NCBI GenBank assembly: GCA_964398015.1 | Contig: CAYNLL010000003.1 | Coordinates: 1 to 37,800, forward strand | DNA: 37,800 nt | Source of the DNA: an uncultured Opitutaceae bacterium | Lineage (GTDB): Bacteria; Verrucomicrobiota; Verrucomicrobiia; Opitutales; Opitutaceae | Direction of reading: 5' to 3' | Shown: piece by piece, positions 25,629-34,954 of the stretch | Layout: every line of letters starts with the position of its first letter | How positions within the stretch are numbered: the first letter of the stretch is position 1 | The notes under the pieces: model-generated | What the model was told of the DNA's origin: nothing | What the model saw: only the letters and a program-made list of their open reading frames with translations | Databases searched by the model: none | Made by a program: the position numbers and the translations under genes

Positions 25629-26876
25629 TTGAACCCAAAGTCTAACGCCAGAACGAGCAATGGCCCAGTCACGCGTGCATACATTGCTGAAATATTAGGC
25701 CATCCCCCAAAACCCGTCGTCCTAATTCTTTGCGCGGCGATTCTCGGGTTACGACGAACAAGCGCTATTTCCAATCCACAGTTTTGGGCAGAAGATGGTT
25801 ACTTTTATGAAAGAGCTTACGTGCTTGGGTGGCATTCACTCACGTTACCATATGCAGGCTATCTTCATTCAATCCCGAGGATAATTGCGGCCATGGCAGT
25901 GCAACTCGATCCGGTCTTCGCGCCGGGATTCTATGTAGGATGCTCGGCTGCGGTCACGTTGTATGTCGCTGCGAGAACGCTTTCCGATCGCTGCCGATTG
26001 CCGCATTTTGCGGGACTTTGCGCGATGGCAGTAGTGCTTGTGCCGGACACGCAAGAGGTGCTTCTGAATGTTGTTAACGTCCAGTGGCTTTTGGCAGTTG
26101 GCCTAATTTTGATCCTTATATCGCGAGACCCTACGAAAGTCTGGGAATGGACCCACGATTTGATCGCTTGCATTGCAGTGGGACTTACCGGCCCATTTTG
26201 CATCTTTCTATTGCCGCTGTATATTTGGCGAGCGTTGTGCCGCAAGACATCGGCGAGCTTTACATTGGCGCTCATTGTGGCCGCCTGCGCATTCATTCAG
26301 TTATTTTTCGTACACAGGGAGCTTGTTGGCCGCCCGAGCGTACCCATAAGTTGGGATTCAAACGTGCAGTTTTTTGGAGCGATGGTAGGCCGGAGAATTG
26401 GAGGATCGTTAATGCTGGGAGCCTTTTTACCTGGCAAGGGGTCGTCGGATTTGTGGACGGCACTTGGGGCTGCAACCCTGGGACTGGTTAGTTTCCTCGC
26501 ATTCAGACCTGGAAACCTGCGCTATGAACGGGCTACTATGGGGTTCGCGTTCGTAGTGTTTGTTGTGGCCGCTTCGGTGAGAACCTACTCCAACCTGAAT
26601 CTATACTTTACGGATCATGCCCATTCGCGGTACGTGTTTGTCCCTCAACTCCTTACCATTTTCTTGTTGTTAGCGGCGGCTGGCAAGTCGGACCGCTGGG
26701 CAAAGTTTTTTGCAATATTCGCTGTGTGTTGCTTTATCACAAACATACCCAGGTTGAGGGAGCCCGAATATGTGGATATGCAATGGCAACTTTACGCGCC
26801 GAAAATCCGCGAGGGCGAAGCGGTGACGGTGCCGATAAACCCGCCTGGTTGGGAGATACACATTCCAGCGCGTTAA
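25629..26876 (+). CDS. polytopic membrane protein, possibly a GT-C-type glycosyltransferase
   Basis: 415 aa with more than 10 TM helices. The acidic motif FWAEDGYFYE lies in the first predicted external loop after TM1, like the GT-C Dx[DE] loop. It has a TTG start with no in-frame ATG near the N-terminus. The functional call is tentative. Confidence 0.6.
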   Translation: MNPKSNARTSNGPVTRAYIAEILGHPPKPVVLILCAAILGLRRTSAISNPQFWAEDGYFYERAYVLGWHSLTLPYAGYLHSIPRIIAAMAVQLDPVFAPGFYVGCSAAVTLYVAARTLSDRCRLPHFAGLCAMAVVLVPDTQEVLLNVVNVQWLLAVGLILILISRDPTKVWEWTHDLIACIAVGLTGPFCIFLLPLYIWRALCRKTSASFTLALIVAACAFIQLFFVHRELVGRPSVPISWDSNVQFFGAMVGRRIGGSLMLGAFLPGKGSSDLWTALGAATLGLVSFLAFRPGNLRYERATMGFAFVVFVVAASVRTYSNLNLYFTDHAHSRYVFVPQLLTIFLLLAAAGKSDRWAKFFAIFAVCCFITNIPRLREPEYVDMQWQLYAPKIREGEAVTVPINPPGWEIHIPAR

Positions 26877-27219
26877 GGTGTCTTCGAAATGGATGGCCGT
26901 GATCGTATCGTAAGCGTCCGGTTGGCCTTGGAATTACCCACATTTCTCGGGCTGACGTATTGAGATGCCGTGACCTGCCCCCCGCAGCTGGAGGGTTAAA
27001 ATGAGAGTCCCGGGCTAATTTGACCTGCCCCCGCGGTGAACCCTCTTCTGCAGCAGGGAGTCCCAATAGACGATGTACAAGAGCCTGGTGCTTGGGCGTG
27101 TGTAGACGCTGGCGTATTTCATTTTGGTTGTGCAAGAGTATGAAACACGAGTTGCATTTGGATACTGTCGCTCCCTCTAGAGAACTGTGTATTGCTTCCG
27201 TTTTTTTGGTGGCGCTTTA

Positions 27220-27252
27220 GTCCCCGGTTCGATTCCGGGTCTTGCCACCACT
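27220..27252 (+). repeat. att-like copy of the tRNA-Phe 3' end (33/33)
   Basis: Identical to 24864..24896. Similarity continues for 3 of the next 4 nt. Confidence 0.9.
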
Positions 27253-27431
27253 TTCAGGCCTCCTCCAAGGTCCGTCGGAGAGAGAGACTTAGGAGGCCAT
27301 GGTTTGACGGGCGCCCGCCGCGCCCTAAGAAAGAGCCCAACAATGTCGGCAAGGACCATGGCAAAGTCGGGCCCCGGGCGCCGGGGCGGGACGTCCGGGG
27401 CGAACAGCGCCCGGCTGGGGGGCGGATTGTG

Positions 27432-30083
27432 ATGGGGCGGCCGGCATCGGCCGAAGGGCGGACGCCTTGCGTCGGCGGCGGGTTCTGGGCGCCCCTTATG
27501 ATCGCCGCGGCCGGCGTGGCGGCCTATTCGGACAGCTTCTCGGGGCCGTTCGTCCTGGACGACGTGGGGGCCATCGTCGACAACCCGACCCTTCGGCACT
27601 TTCGAACCGCCTTCTCGGCCCCTGTCGGCACAACCGCGGGGGGCCGTCCCGCGCTGAACCTCTCCCTCGCAATCAACCATGCGATCAGCGGGACGGGCGT
27701 ATGGAGCTATCACGCCGCGAACCTGGCGATACACGTCATCGCCGCATGGGCCCTCTACGGGATCGTCAGGCGCACTCTGGCGCCGCGGTCTGCCGCCCCA
27801 GCCGCCCTTGTCGCCTTCTCCACGGCGCTCCTCTGGGTCGTGCACCCGTTGCAGACGGAGGCGGTCACCTACATCGTCCAGCGGGCGGAGTCGCTCATGG
27901 GGATGCTGTACCTGCTGACGCTGTACTGCTTCATCAGGGGAGCATCGGCGGAAGGCCGCGGGTACCTGTGGTTCACCCTTTGCTTCGCCGCGTGCCTCCT
28001 GGGCATGGCCACAAAGGAGGTGATGGTGTCCGCGCCTCTGCTCGTGCTGCTCTACGACCGGACGTTTCTCTCCGGAAGCTTCCGGGAGGCCTGGCGCCGC
28101 CGCTGGAGGCTCCATGCCGGCCTGGCCGCCACGTGGCTCGTCCTGCCCTTTCTCGTCCTCTCCACCCGCGGTCGAAACGGGTCCGCCGGGTTCGGCGCCG
28201 GCGTGCCCTGGTGGAGCTACGCGCTCACGCAGTTCCCGGCGATCCTCCATTACCTGCGCCTCTGCCTCTGGCCGCACCCGCTCAACTTTGACTACGGAGC
28301 CGCTCTCGTTCCGGCGTCCCTTGGCGTCCTTCCGTACGTCCTCGCCGTTGCCGTCCTGCTTGCCGCCACCCTTTGGGCGCTGGCGAAGCGCCCGGCCCTG
28401 GGGTTCCTCGGCGCGAGCTTCTTCGCCCTTCTTGCGCCCAGCTCGAGCATCGTGCCGGTGGCCACGCAGACCATGGCCGAACACCGCATGTACCTGCCGC
28501 TGGCCGTCGTGCTTGCCGCCGTGTCCCTCGGGATGAACGCCCTGCTGGGGAGGCGCTGCCTGCCGGCAGTTCTGCTTCTTGCGTCGGCCCTGGGCGTGCT
28601 GACCTGGCAGCGCAACCAAGTCTACCGCAGCGAGTACATCCTGTGGAGCGACACGGTGGCCAAGAGCCCCGCCAACGACCGGGCGCACAACAACCTGGGG
28701 AGCGCCCTGGGGAAAATGCCCGGCCGGGCAGCCGAGGCGATGGACCAGTACAAGGAGGCGCTTCGGCTCAATCCGGGAAACGCGGAAGCCCACAACAACG
28801 TGGGGGGCCTCCTGGGGAGGATGCCCGGCCGCCGGACTGAGGCGGTCGCCGAGTACAGGGAAGCGCTGCAGCTCCGGCCGAACTACGCGGAGGCGCACAG
28901 CAACCTCGGCGGCGCGCTCGAGAAGCTGCCCGCCGGGTTGGACGAGGCGGTCGCCGAGCTTGAGACGGCGGTCAGGCTCAGGCCCGACTACCCGGAGCCG
29001 CACAACAACCTGGGGATCGCCCTGGAGAAGAGTCCCGGACGGCGCGATGACGCCCTCGCCGAATTCAGGGAGGCCCTGCGTCTCAACCCGGACTTCGCGG
29101 ACGCGCACAACAACCTGGGCAACGCGCTGGAGCGGATCCCCGGCAGGATGGGAGAGGCGATCGGCGAGCTCGAGGCCGCGGTGCGGCTCAACCCGGACTT
29201 CGCGGACGCTCACAACAACCTCGGGCTTGCGCTGGAGAAGGTCCCGGGCCGCATGGACGAGGCGATCGCACAGTATGAGGAGGCGCTTCGGCTCAACCCG
29301 GACTACGCGGAGGCGCACAGCAACCTTGGCAACGCGCTGCAGGGGAAGCCCGACCGGCTTGAGGATGCGGTCGCGCACTACCGGGAGGCGCTTCGGCTCA
29401 ACCCCGACTACGCGGAGGCGCACAACAACCTGGGCAACGCGCTGGAGCGTATCCCGGGCCGGCTCGACGATGCGGTGGCGCAGTTCAGGGAGGCGCTGCG
29501 GCTCGACCCGGAGTACGCGGAGGCGCACAACAACCTTGGGAACGTCCTCCAGCGTATCCCGGGCCGGCTTGACGATGCGGTGGCCGAGTTCGAGGCCGCG
29601 GTGCGGCTCAACCCGGATTTTCCGGAGGCGCACTACGGCCTGGGCAACGCCCTGAGCTCCGAGGGCCGGACGGCGGAGGCGGTCGCGGCGTACGAGGCTG
29701 CCCTGCGGCTGCGGCCGGACCACGCGGAGGCGCACAACAACCTCGGGAACGTCCTCCAGCGAATCCCGGGCCGCCTGGACGAGGCGATCGGCCACTACAG
29801 GGAGGCGCTTCGGCTCAACCCGGGCTACGCCGAGGCGCACAACAACCTCGGGAATTCCCTGAACGCGAAGGGACAGGTCACCGACGCGATCGCGCAGTAC
29901 GGGGAGGCGCTGCGGCTGAGGCCGGACGTCGCAGGGTTCCATCTGAACCTCGCCGTGACGCTCCTGAGGGTCCCCGGCCGCCAGGACGAGGCGGTGGCTC
30001 ACCTCAAGGAGGCGCTGCGCCTCCAGCCCGACAACCCCATGGCCCGCCAGATCCTGGCGCGCGTGGAGGCACCCGGGCCGTGA
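27432..30083 (+). CDS. TMTC-like protein: N-terminal PMT/DUF1736-type multi-TM domain plus C-terminal array of ~13 TPR units
   Basis: The start is at MGRPASAEG. The first loop FVLDDVGAIVDNP carries the DD motif of PMT-like GT-C enzymes. About 10 TM helices follow, then repeated AEAHNNLGNALERIPGRLDDAVAQFREALRLDPEY units. Confidence 0.88.
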   Translation: MGRPASAEGRTPCVGGGFWAPLMIAAAGVAAYSDSFSGPFVLDDVGAIVDNPTLRHFRTAFSAPVGTTAGGRPALNLSLAINHAISGTGVWSYHAANLAIHVIAAWALYGIVRRTLAPRSAAPAALVAFSTALLWVVHPLQTEAVTYIVQRAESLMGMLYLLTLYCFIRGASAEGRGYLWFTLCFAACLLGMATKEVMVSAPLLVLLYDRTFLSGSFREAWRRRWRLHAGLAATWLVLPFLVLSTRGRNGSAGFGAGVPWWSYALTQFPAILHYLRLCLWPHPLNFDYGAALVPASLGVLPYVLAVAVLLAATLWALAKRPALGFLGASFFALLAPSSSIVPVATQTMAEHRMYLPLAVVLAAVSLGMNALLGRRCLPAVLLLASALGVLTWQRNQVYRSEYILWSDTVAKSPANDRAHNNLGSALGKMPGRAAEAMDQYKEALRLNPGNAEAHNNVGGLLGRMPGRRTEAVAEYREALQLRPNYAEAHSNLGGALEKLPAGLDEAVAELETAVRLRPDYPEPHNNLGIALEKSPGRRDDALAEFREALRLNPDFADAHNNLGNALERIPGRMGEAIGELEAAVRLNPDFADAHNNLGLALEKVPGRMDEAIAQYEEALRLNPDYAEAHSNLGNALQGKPDRLEDAVAHYREALRLNPDYAEAHNNLGNALERIPGRLDDAVAQFREALRLDPEYAEAHNNLGNVLQRIPGRLDDAVAEFEAAVRLNPDFPEAHYGLGNALSSEGRTAEAVAAYEAALRLRPDHAEAHNNLGNVLQRIPGRLDEAIGHYREALRLNPGYAEAHNNLGNSLNAKGQVTDAIAQYGEALRLRPDVAGFHLNLAVTLLRVPGRQDEAVAHLKEALRLQPDNPMARQILARVEAPGP
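28780..29860 (+). repeat. intragenic ~105-bp tandem repeats encoding the TPR array
   Basis: Near-identical stretches such as gaggcgcttcggctcaaccc.gactacgcggaggcgcaca.caacct.ggcaacgcgctg recur. The antisense track ORFs 28988..29191 and 29408..29611 are near-identical and lie 420 nt (4 x 105) apart. Confidence 0.85.
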
Positions 30084-30135
30084 GGCACCGGCCGGGCGGC
30101 CCGCCTCGTTTCAGGGTGGCGCGCCGGGTCGTTGT

Positions 30136-32340
30136 ATGCTCGGATCCGGCGCCACGGTCCCTTCCCCACGCCATCGACTGACGACCGCCTGGCGTCTCGC
30201 CCGGCTTGCCGGGCCGTCCTCGGTCCCGGCCGATGCCGACTGGATTTCGGCCGAGGTGCCGGGCGCCGTGCAGCTCGACTGGGCGCGGGCCCGGGGCCTG
30301 CCCGATCCCGCCTACGGCCAGAATGTCCGGGCATACGCAGGCCTCGAGGATTCCTTCTGGCTCTACCAGACGAGCATCCCCGACGCGCCACGCGGCCCCG
30401 ACGAACTCCTGTTCTTGACCGTCGGCGGGGTGGACCACCGGTGCGAGGTGCGCCTTGGCGGGAGGGTCGTCCTCTCGCACCAGGGCCTGCTGGCGCCCCT
30501 CGAGCTCGATGTCTCCGCGGCGGCGCCGGGCGCCCCGCTCGAGGTGCTCGTGTTTCCCGCCCCGAAGCGCCACGCGCAGCCCGCCGACCGCACGCAGGCG
30601 AGCCACACGACCAAGGCGCCGGTCAGCTACGGATGGGACTGGCACCCGCGCCTGATCCCGCTCGGGCTGTGCGAGCCGGCGGTGTTCGAGGTGCGCCCCC
30701 GCGCCCACCTGCGGCACGTCGACTTCGCCTACACGCTCTCGGAGGACCTCTCGGCGGCGGAGATCGCCGTCACGGTCGAGAGCAGCGTTCCCGCCGCGGG
30801 CTACACCTGGCGGCTGATCGACCCGGAGGGCAGGGCGGTCCTCGAAAGCCGGGGACCGGCGGCCCGGCTGGAACGGCCGCGCCTCTGGTGGACGCACGAC
30901 CACGGGGAGCCCGCCCTCTACACGCTGGAGGTGGCCCTCGCCGGGGGGGATGCCCTGCGGCGCAGGGTCGGCTTTCGTCGCGTCAGGCTGGTCATGTACC
31001 CCGGGGCATGGGAGGCCGACACCGCGGTGCCCAAGTCGCGCGACACGCCCCCGGTCACGATCGAGCTCAACGGCAGGTCGATCTTCGGCAAGGGGAGCAA
31101 CTGGGTGTGCCCGGACCTCTTCCACGGCCGCGTGGGGCCGCAGACCTACCGGCCCCTCCTGGAGCTGGCGCGGGGCGCGCACATGAACCTCCTGCGCTGC
31201 TGGGGCGGGGCCCCGGCCCCGAAGGAGGCGTTCTTCGGGATGTGCGACGAGATGGGCCTGATGGTCTGGCAGGAGTTCCCTCTGGCCTGCAATCTCTACC
31301 CGGACGACCCGTCCTACCTGGAGGAGCTCGACGGCGAGTCGCGTGCGCTGGTGCGCCGGGTCCGCCAGCATCCGTGCCTGGGCCTTTGGGTGGGGGGCAA
31401 CGAGCTCTTCAACGCGTGGTCGCGCATGACGGACCAGAGCCTGCCCTTGAGGCTGCTCAATCGGAACTGCTACGACCTCGACCCTCTCACGCCGTTCCTG
31501 CCCACGGCCCCCGTCGAGGGCATGGGACACGGCGGCTACCTCTTCCGCAACCGCGGCAAGGATCCCTTCGAGACCTTCCAGTCCGCGGCCTGCACGGCCT
31601 ACACCGAGTTCGGCTGTCCCAGCGCCTCCCCGGTCGACTACCTGAGAACCTTCATCCCCGAGACGGAGCTCTGGCCGCCGCGCCTCGGGACGAGTTGGGA
31701 GACACACCACGGGCTGGGCGCCTGGGAGGTCGAGCCCACCACCTGGCTCTGCACGAGCGCGTTGGAGCATTACTTCGGCCCGTCGCCCTGCCTTGAGGAC
31801 CTCGTCGCCCGGAGCGCGTGGCTCCAGTGCGAGGGCTACAGGGCGATGTTTGAGGAGGCGCGCCGCCAGCAGCCGCGCTGCTCGATGGCGCTGAACTGGT
31901 GCTACAACGAGCCCTGGCCCACCGCGGCCAACAACAGCCTCATCAACTGGCCGGCCAGGCCTAAGCCCGCCTACGCCACCGTCCGGGAGGCGTGCCGGCC
32001 CGTCCTGGCCTCGGCGCGGATCCCGCGCTTCCAATGGAGGGCGGGCGAGCGCTTCACGGCCGAGCTCTGGATCCTCAACGACTCCGCGTCGCCCCAGGCG
32101 CCGGGGAGGATGAGCGCGCACCTGGCGATGGGCGAGCGCCGGTGGCACCTCGGGGACTGGGACTTCCCGGACGTGCCCGCGCAGCGCAACCTGCGGGGCC
32201 CCGAGGTCGGCCTCGCGCTCCCCGGGGATGCGGGGGACGCGTTCACGCTCGAGCTCCGCGTCGACGCGCGCGGCCCATGGTCCAGCGCCTATCGCCTCAG
32301 CCTTCGGCCCGCCGGCCTGCCCCCTGCCGGGGACGCGTGA
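30136..32340 (+). CDS. GH2-family glycoside hydrolase, beta-mannosidase-like
   Basis: SYGWDWHPRL, MNLLRCWGG, MVWQEFPLAC and LWVGGNE are hallmarks of GH2 beta-mannosidase-type enzymes. No signal peptide is present. Confidence 0.85.
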   Translation: MLGSGATVPSPRHRLTTAWRLARLAGPSSVPADADWISAEVPGAVQLDWARARGLPDPAYGQNVRAYAGLEDSFWLYQTSIPDAPRGPDELLFLTVGGVDHRCEVRLGGRVVLSHQGLLAPLELDVSAAAPGAPLEVLVFPAPKRHAQPADRTQASHTTKAPVSYGWDWHPRLIPLGLCEPAVFEVRPRAHLRHVDFAYTLSEDLSAAEIAVTVESSVPAAGYTWRLIDPEGRAVLESRGPAARLERPRLWWTHDHGEPALYTLEVALAGGDALRRRVGFRRVRLVMYPGAWEADTAVPKSRDTPPVTIELNGRSIFGKGSNWVCPDLFHGRVGPQTYRPLLELARGAHMNLLRCWGGAPAPKEAFFGMCDEMGLMVWQEFPLACNLYPDDPSYLEELDGESRALVRRVRQHPCLGLWVGGNELFNAWSRMTDQSLPLRLLNRNCYDLDPLTPFLPTAPVEGMGHGGYLFRNRGKDPFETFQSAACTAYTEFGCPSASPVDYLRTFIPETELWPPRLGTSWETHHGLGAWEVEPTTWLCTSALEHYFGPSPCLEDLVARSAWLQCEGYRAMFEEARRQQPRCSMALNWCYNEPWPTAANNSLINWPARPKPAYATVREACRPVLASARIPRFQWRAGERFTAELWILNDSASPQAPGRMSAHLAMGERRWHLGDWDFPDVPAQRNLRGPEVGLALPGDAGDAFTLELRVDARGPWSSAYRLSLRPAGLPPAGDA

Positions 32341-32450
32341 CGGGACCCCGGATTCCCCGGGGTCGGACAAGGCAAGGGTAGACAACGGCCGGGCGAGGGA
32401 TCATGGTGAACGTTCCCGGAACAGGGAACCCACACCTCCAACCGCCGTTG

Positions 32451-33683
32451 ATGAGCGCGCCCGACCCCTCCACCTATCTGGCCCGAATCGAGGGCGACCT
32501 GCTGGGGAACATTCTTCCGTTCTGGATGAAGCGGGTCGTCAGGCCGGAGGGCGGCTTTGTCGGCTCGCTGACCAACGACCTCAGGGCCGACGGGTCCGCC
32601 GAGCGCGGGGCCCTGCTCACCTCGCGCATCCTCTGGACCTTCTCGGCGGCCTACGCGCGCTACAGGGACCCGGCTTATCTCGCCACGGCGGACCATGCGT
32701 ACGCCGACCTGCTCGGGAGCTTCCACGACGCCGAGCACGGCGGCTTCTGGTGGTCCGTCGCCGCCGACGGCAGGGTCGCCCGCGACCGCAAGCAGGTCTA
32801 CGGGCAGGCCTTCGCCGTGTATGCACTGTCCGAATACCATTTCGCCACGGGCCGGCGCGAGCCCCTGGACGAGGCCATCGCCGCCTACAGGCTCATCGAG
32901 GCCCACGCGCGGGACGCGCGCCACGGCGGATACCTCGAGGCCTTCGGCCGGGACTGGAGGCCGATCGCGGACATGAGGCTGAGCGCCGTGGACATGAACG
33001 AGCCCAAGTCCCAGAACACGCACCTGCACGTGATGGAGGCCTACACCCGCCTCCTCGCCGTGTGGCCCGACGCGGGCCTGCGGCGGGCCCTCTCCGGGCT
33101 GCTCGAGACCATGCTGGGGCGCATCGTCAACCCCGCGACGCGGCACCTGGGTCTGTTCTTCTCCGAGGACTGGGCCCCGCGCTCGGACAGGGTGTCCTAC
33201 GGGCACGACATCGAGGCCGCGTGGCTCTTCTGCAGGGCGGCGGAGGTGCTGCGCGACCCCGCCTTCACCGCGATGATCCTGCCCCTGTCCGTCAGCATCG
33301 CGGAGACGACGCTCTCCGAGGGGATCGACTCGGACGGGGGCGTGTACAACGAGGGCGGCCCAGGGGGGCTCACCAACACGAACAAGGAATGGTGGCCCCA
33401 GGCCGAGGCGGTCGTGGGTTTCATCAACGCCTTCCAGGTGTCGGGCCAGGAGCGCTTCCTGCGGGCCGCGTTCCACACGTGGGACTTCATCGAGCGCAGG
33501 CTCATCGACTCCCGAGGCGGCGAGTGGTTCCGCGGGGTCACGCGCGAGGGCCGCGTGCTCGACAACGAGCTCAAGGTGAGCTTTTGGAAATGCCCCTACC
33601 ACAACGGCCGCACCGGCCTCGAGGCGGCGCAGCGCCTGCGCGCGATCGCGGCGGCCGCCCGCAGGCCACCCCCCCTCTCATGA
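32451..33683 (+). CDS. AGE-family 2-epimerase (cellobiose/mannobiose 2-epimerase-like)
   Basis: LLGNILPFWMK, KQVYGQAFAVYALSEY, NTHLHVMEAYT, SYGHDIEAAWL, WWPQAEAVVGF and FWKCPYHNGR form the (alpha/alpha)6 AGE superfamily pattern. The start is ATG 32451 or 32403. Confidence 0.85.
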   Translation: MSAPDPSTYLARIEGDLLGNILPFWMKRVVRPEGGFVGSLTNDLRADGSAERGALLTSRILWTFSAAYARYRDPAYLATADHAYADLLGSFHDAEHGGFWWSVAADGRVARDRKQVYGQAFAVYALSEYHFATGRREPLDEAIAAYRLIEAHARDARHGGYLEAFGRDWRPIADMRLSAVDMNEPKSQNTHLHVMEAYTRLLAVWPDAGLRRALSGLLETMLGRIVNPATRHLGLFFSEDWAPRSDRVSYGHDIEAAWLFCRAAEVLRDPAFTAMILPLSVSIAETTLSEGIDSDGGVYNEGGPGGLTNTNKEWWPQAEAVVGFINAFQVSGQERFLRAAFHTWDFIERRLIDSRGGEWFRGVTREGRVLDNELKVSFWKCPYHNGRTGLEAAQRLRAIAAAARRPPPLS

Positions 33684-34933
33684 AAAAGAAGCCAGCACAC
33701 GCGCCCCGCGCGAAGGCCAAGAAAATCCCGGGCGTCCCGGCGGGGGCGCCCCCCGCCTGGGCCGCCCGCCTCGCAAAGCTGCGCAGGGAGCACGAGGCGT
33801 TCCTCGCGCGCCCGAACCCGGTCGACCCCGAGTGGGACAACGGCGTGTTCGAGCGGTTCAGGAACCCCGCCCTCACCTACCGGCACGCCCCGATCGAGTG
33901 GCGGTTCGACCTGAACCCGAGGACCAACCCCTTCCTCATGGAGCGCCTCGGCGTCAACGCGACGCTCAACCCGGGAGCGTTCCTGTGGAAGGGCAGGGTG
34001 CACATGGTCGTCCGCTTCGAGGGCTATGACCGCAAGAGCCTCTTCGCGATTGCGGAGAGCCCCAACGGGATCGACAACTGGCGCTTCTGGGACGAGCCCG
34101 TGGACCTCCCGGAGATCATGCCGGAGACCAACGTCTACGACATGCGGGTCACGTTCCACCAGGACGGCTGGATCTACGGGGTCTTCTGCGCCGAGTCGAA
34201 GGATCCCGCCGCGAAGCAGGGCGACCTCTCAAGCGCCGTGGCGGTCGCCGGGATCGTGCGCACGCGCGACTTCATCGCGTGGGAGCGCCTCCCCAACCTG
34301 AGGACGCCGGCCTCGCAGCAGAGGAATGTCGTGCTCCACCCGGAGTTCGTGGGCGGCCGCTACGCCTTCTACACCCGCCCGATGGACGGGTTCATCGACG
34401 TCGGCTCCGGGGGGGGTATCGGCTGGACGCTCTGCGAGGACATCACGACGGGGGTGACGGGACCTGAGGCCATCATCGACGGCCGGGCCTACCACACGAT
34501 CAAGGAGGTGAAGAACGGCCAGGGGCCCGCCCCGATCAAGACGCCCAGGGGGTGGCTCCACCTCGCGCACGGCGTGCGCGCGTGCGCCGCGGGCCTGCGC
34601 TACGTCCTGTACATGTTCATGACGTCGCTCGAGGACCCCTCCAGGGTCATCGCCCGGCCCGGCGGCCATTTCCTGGCGCCCCACGGCGGCGAGGGGTTCG
34701 GGGACGTCTCCAACGTGACGTTCACCAACGGGTGGGTGGCGTTGCCCGACAGGGCGAAGACGGTCCTCATCTACTACGGCGGCTCGGACACGCGCTGCTA
34801 CGTCGCCCGCACGAGCGTCGACAGGCTCCTCGACTGGTGCCTGAACACGCCCGAGGATGCGCTCACCACGCGCAGGGCGGTCGACCAGCGCCTCGCGCTC
34901 ATCCGCGCCAACAGGGCGGTGCTCGGGCGCTGA
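33680..34933 (+). CDS. GH130 4-O-beta-D-mannosyl-D-glucose phosphorylase-like
   Basis: There are long collinear matches to GH130_1 as I remember it: NPFLMERLGVNATLNPGA, SLFAIAESPNGIDNWRFW, TNVYDMRVTFHQDGWIYGVFCAE, QQRNVVLHPEF, GSGGGIGW, YHTIKEVKNGQGPAPIKTPRGWLHLAHGVR.CAAGLRYVLYMFMTSL and GDVSNVTFTNGW. The ATG overlaps the epimerase stop (ATGA). Confidence 0.92.
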   Translation: MKKKPAHAPRAKAKKIPGVPAGAPPAWAARLAKLRREHEAFLARPNPVDPEWDNGVFERFRNPALTYRHAPIEWRFDLNPRTNPFLMERLGVNATLNPGAFLWKGRVHMVVRFEGYDRKSLFAIAESPNGIDNWRFWDEPVDLPEIMPETNVYDMRVTFHQDGWIYGVFCAESKDPAAKQGDLSSAVAVAGIVRTRDFIAWERLPNLRTPASQQRNVVLHPEFVGGRYAFYTRPMDGFIDVGSGGGIGWTLCEDITTGVTGPEAIIDGRAYHTIKEVKNGQGPAPIKTPRGWLHLAHGVRACAAGLRYVLYMFMTSLEDPSRVIARPGGHFLAPHGGEGFGDVSNVTFTNGWVALPDRAKTVLIYYGGSDTRCYVARTSVDRLLDWCLNTPEDALTTRRAVDQRLALIRANRAVLGR

Positions 34934-34954
34934 GCGGCGCCCCGGCCGCGCGGC

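Larger units (their letters stand above)
24895..27252. mobile_element. 2.36-kb integrase-less island at tRNA-Phe, closed by a perfect 33-nt copy of the tRNA 3' end
   Basis: GTCCCCGGTTCGATTCCGGGTCTTGCCACCACT occurs at both 24864..24896 and 27220..27252. The interior has markedly lower GC than the flanks. Confidence 0.75.

Noticed and set aside
28780-29860. Regularly spaced ~105-bp repeats that could be mistaken for a CRISPR-like array
   Set aside because: The repeats are contiguous, in frame, and encode TPR units within a long ORF. There is no spacer/repeat alternation.
27177-30002. 941-aa minus-strand ORF, the longest in the region
   Set aside because: It lies antisense to the TMTC-like/TPR gene. 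Its product is Arg/Pro/Gly/Val-rich low complexity with no motifs. This is a typical stop-poor shadow frame in high-GC DNA.
30004-32385. 793-aa minus-strand ORF
   Set aside because: It lies antisense to the well-supported GH2 gene and has an Arg/Pro/Gly-rich composition. It is a shadow frame.
32228-33679. N-terminal 484 codons of the 901-aa plus-strand ORF
   Set aside because: This stretch is an alternative frame across the epimerase gene and is Arg/Gly/Pro-rich. GH130 similarity begins only after the internal ATG at 33680, which forms an ATGA junction with the epimerase stop.
34409-34416. G8 homopolymer (and C7 at 1550..1556) as possible slipped-strand phase-variation tracts
   Set aside because: Both lie inside well-conserved coding segments (the GSGGGIGW motif of GH130, and the ABC-2 permease). 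Runs of this length are unremarkable at this GC content.
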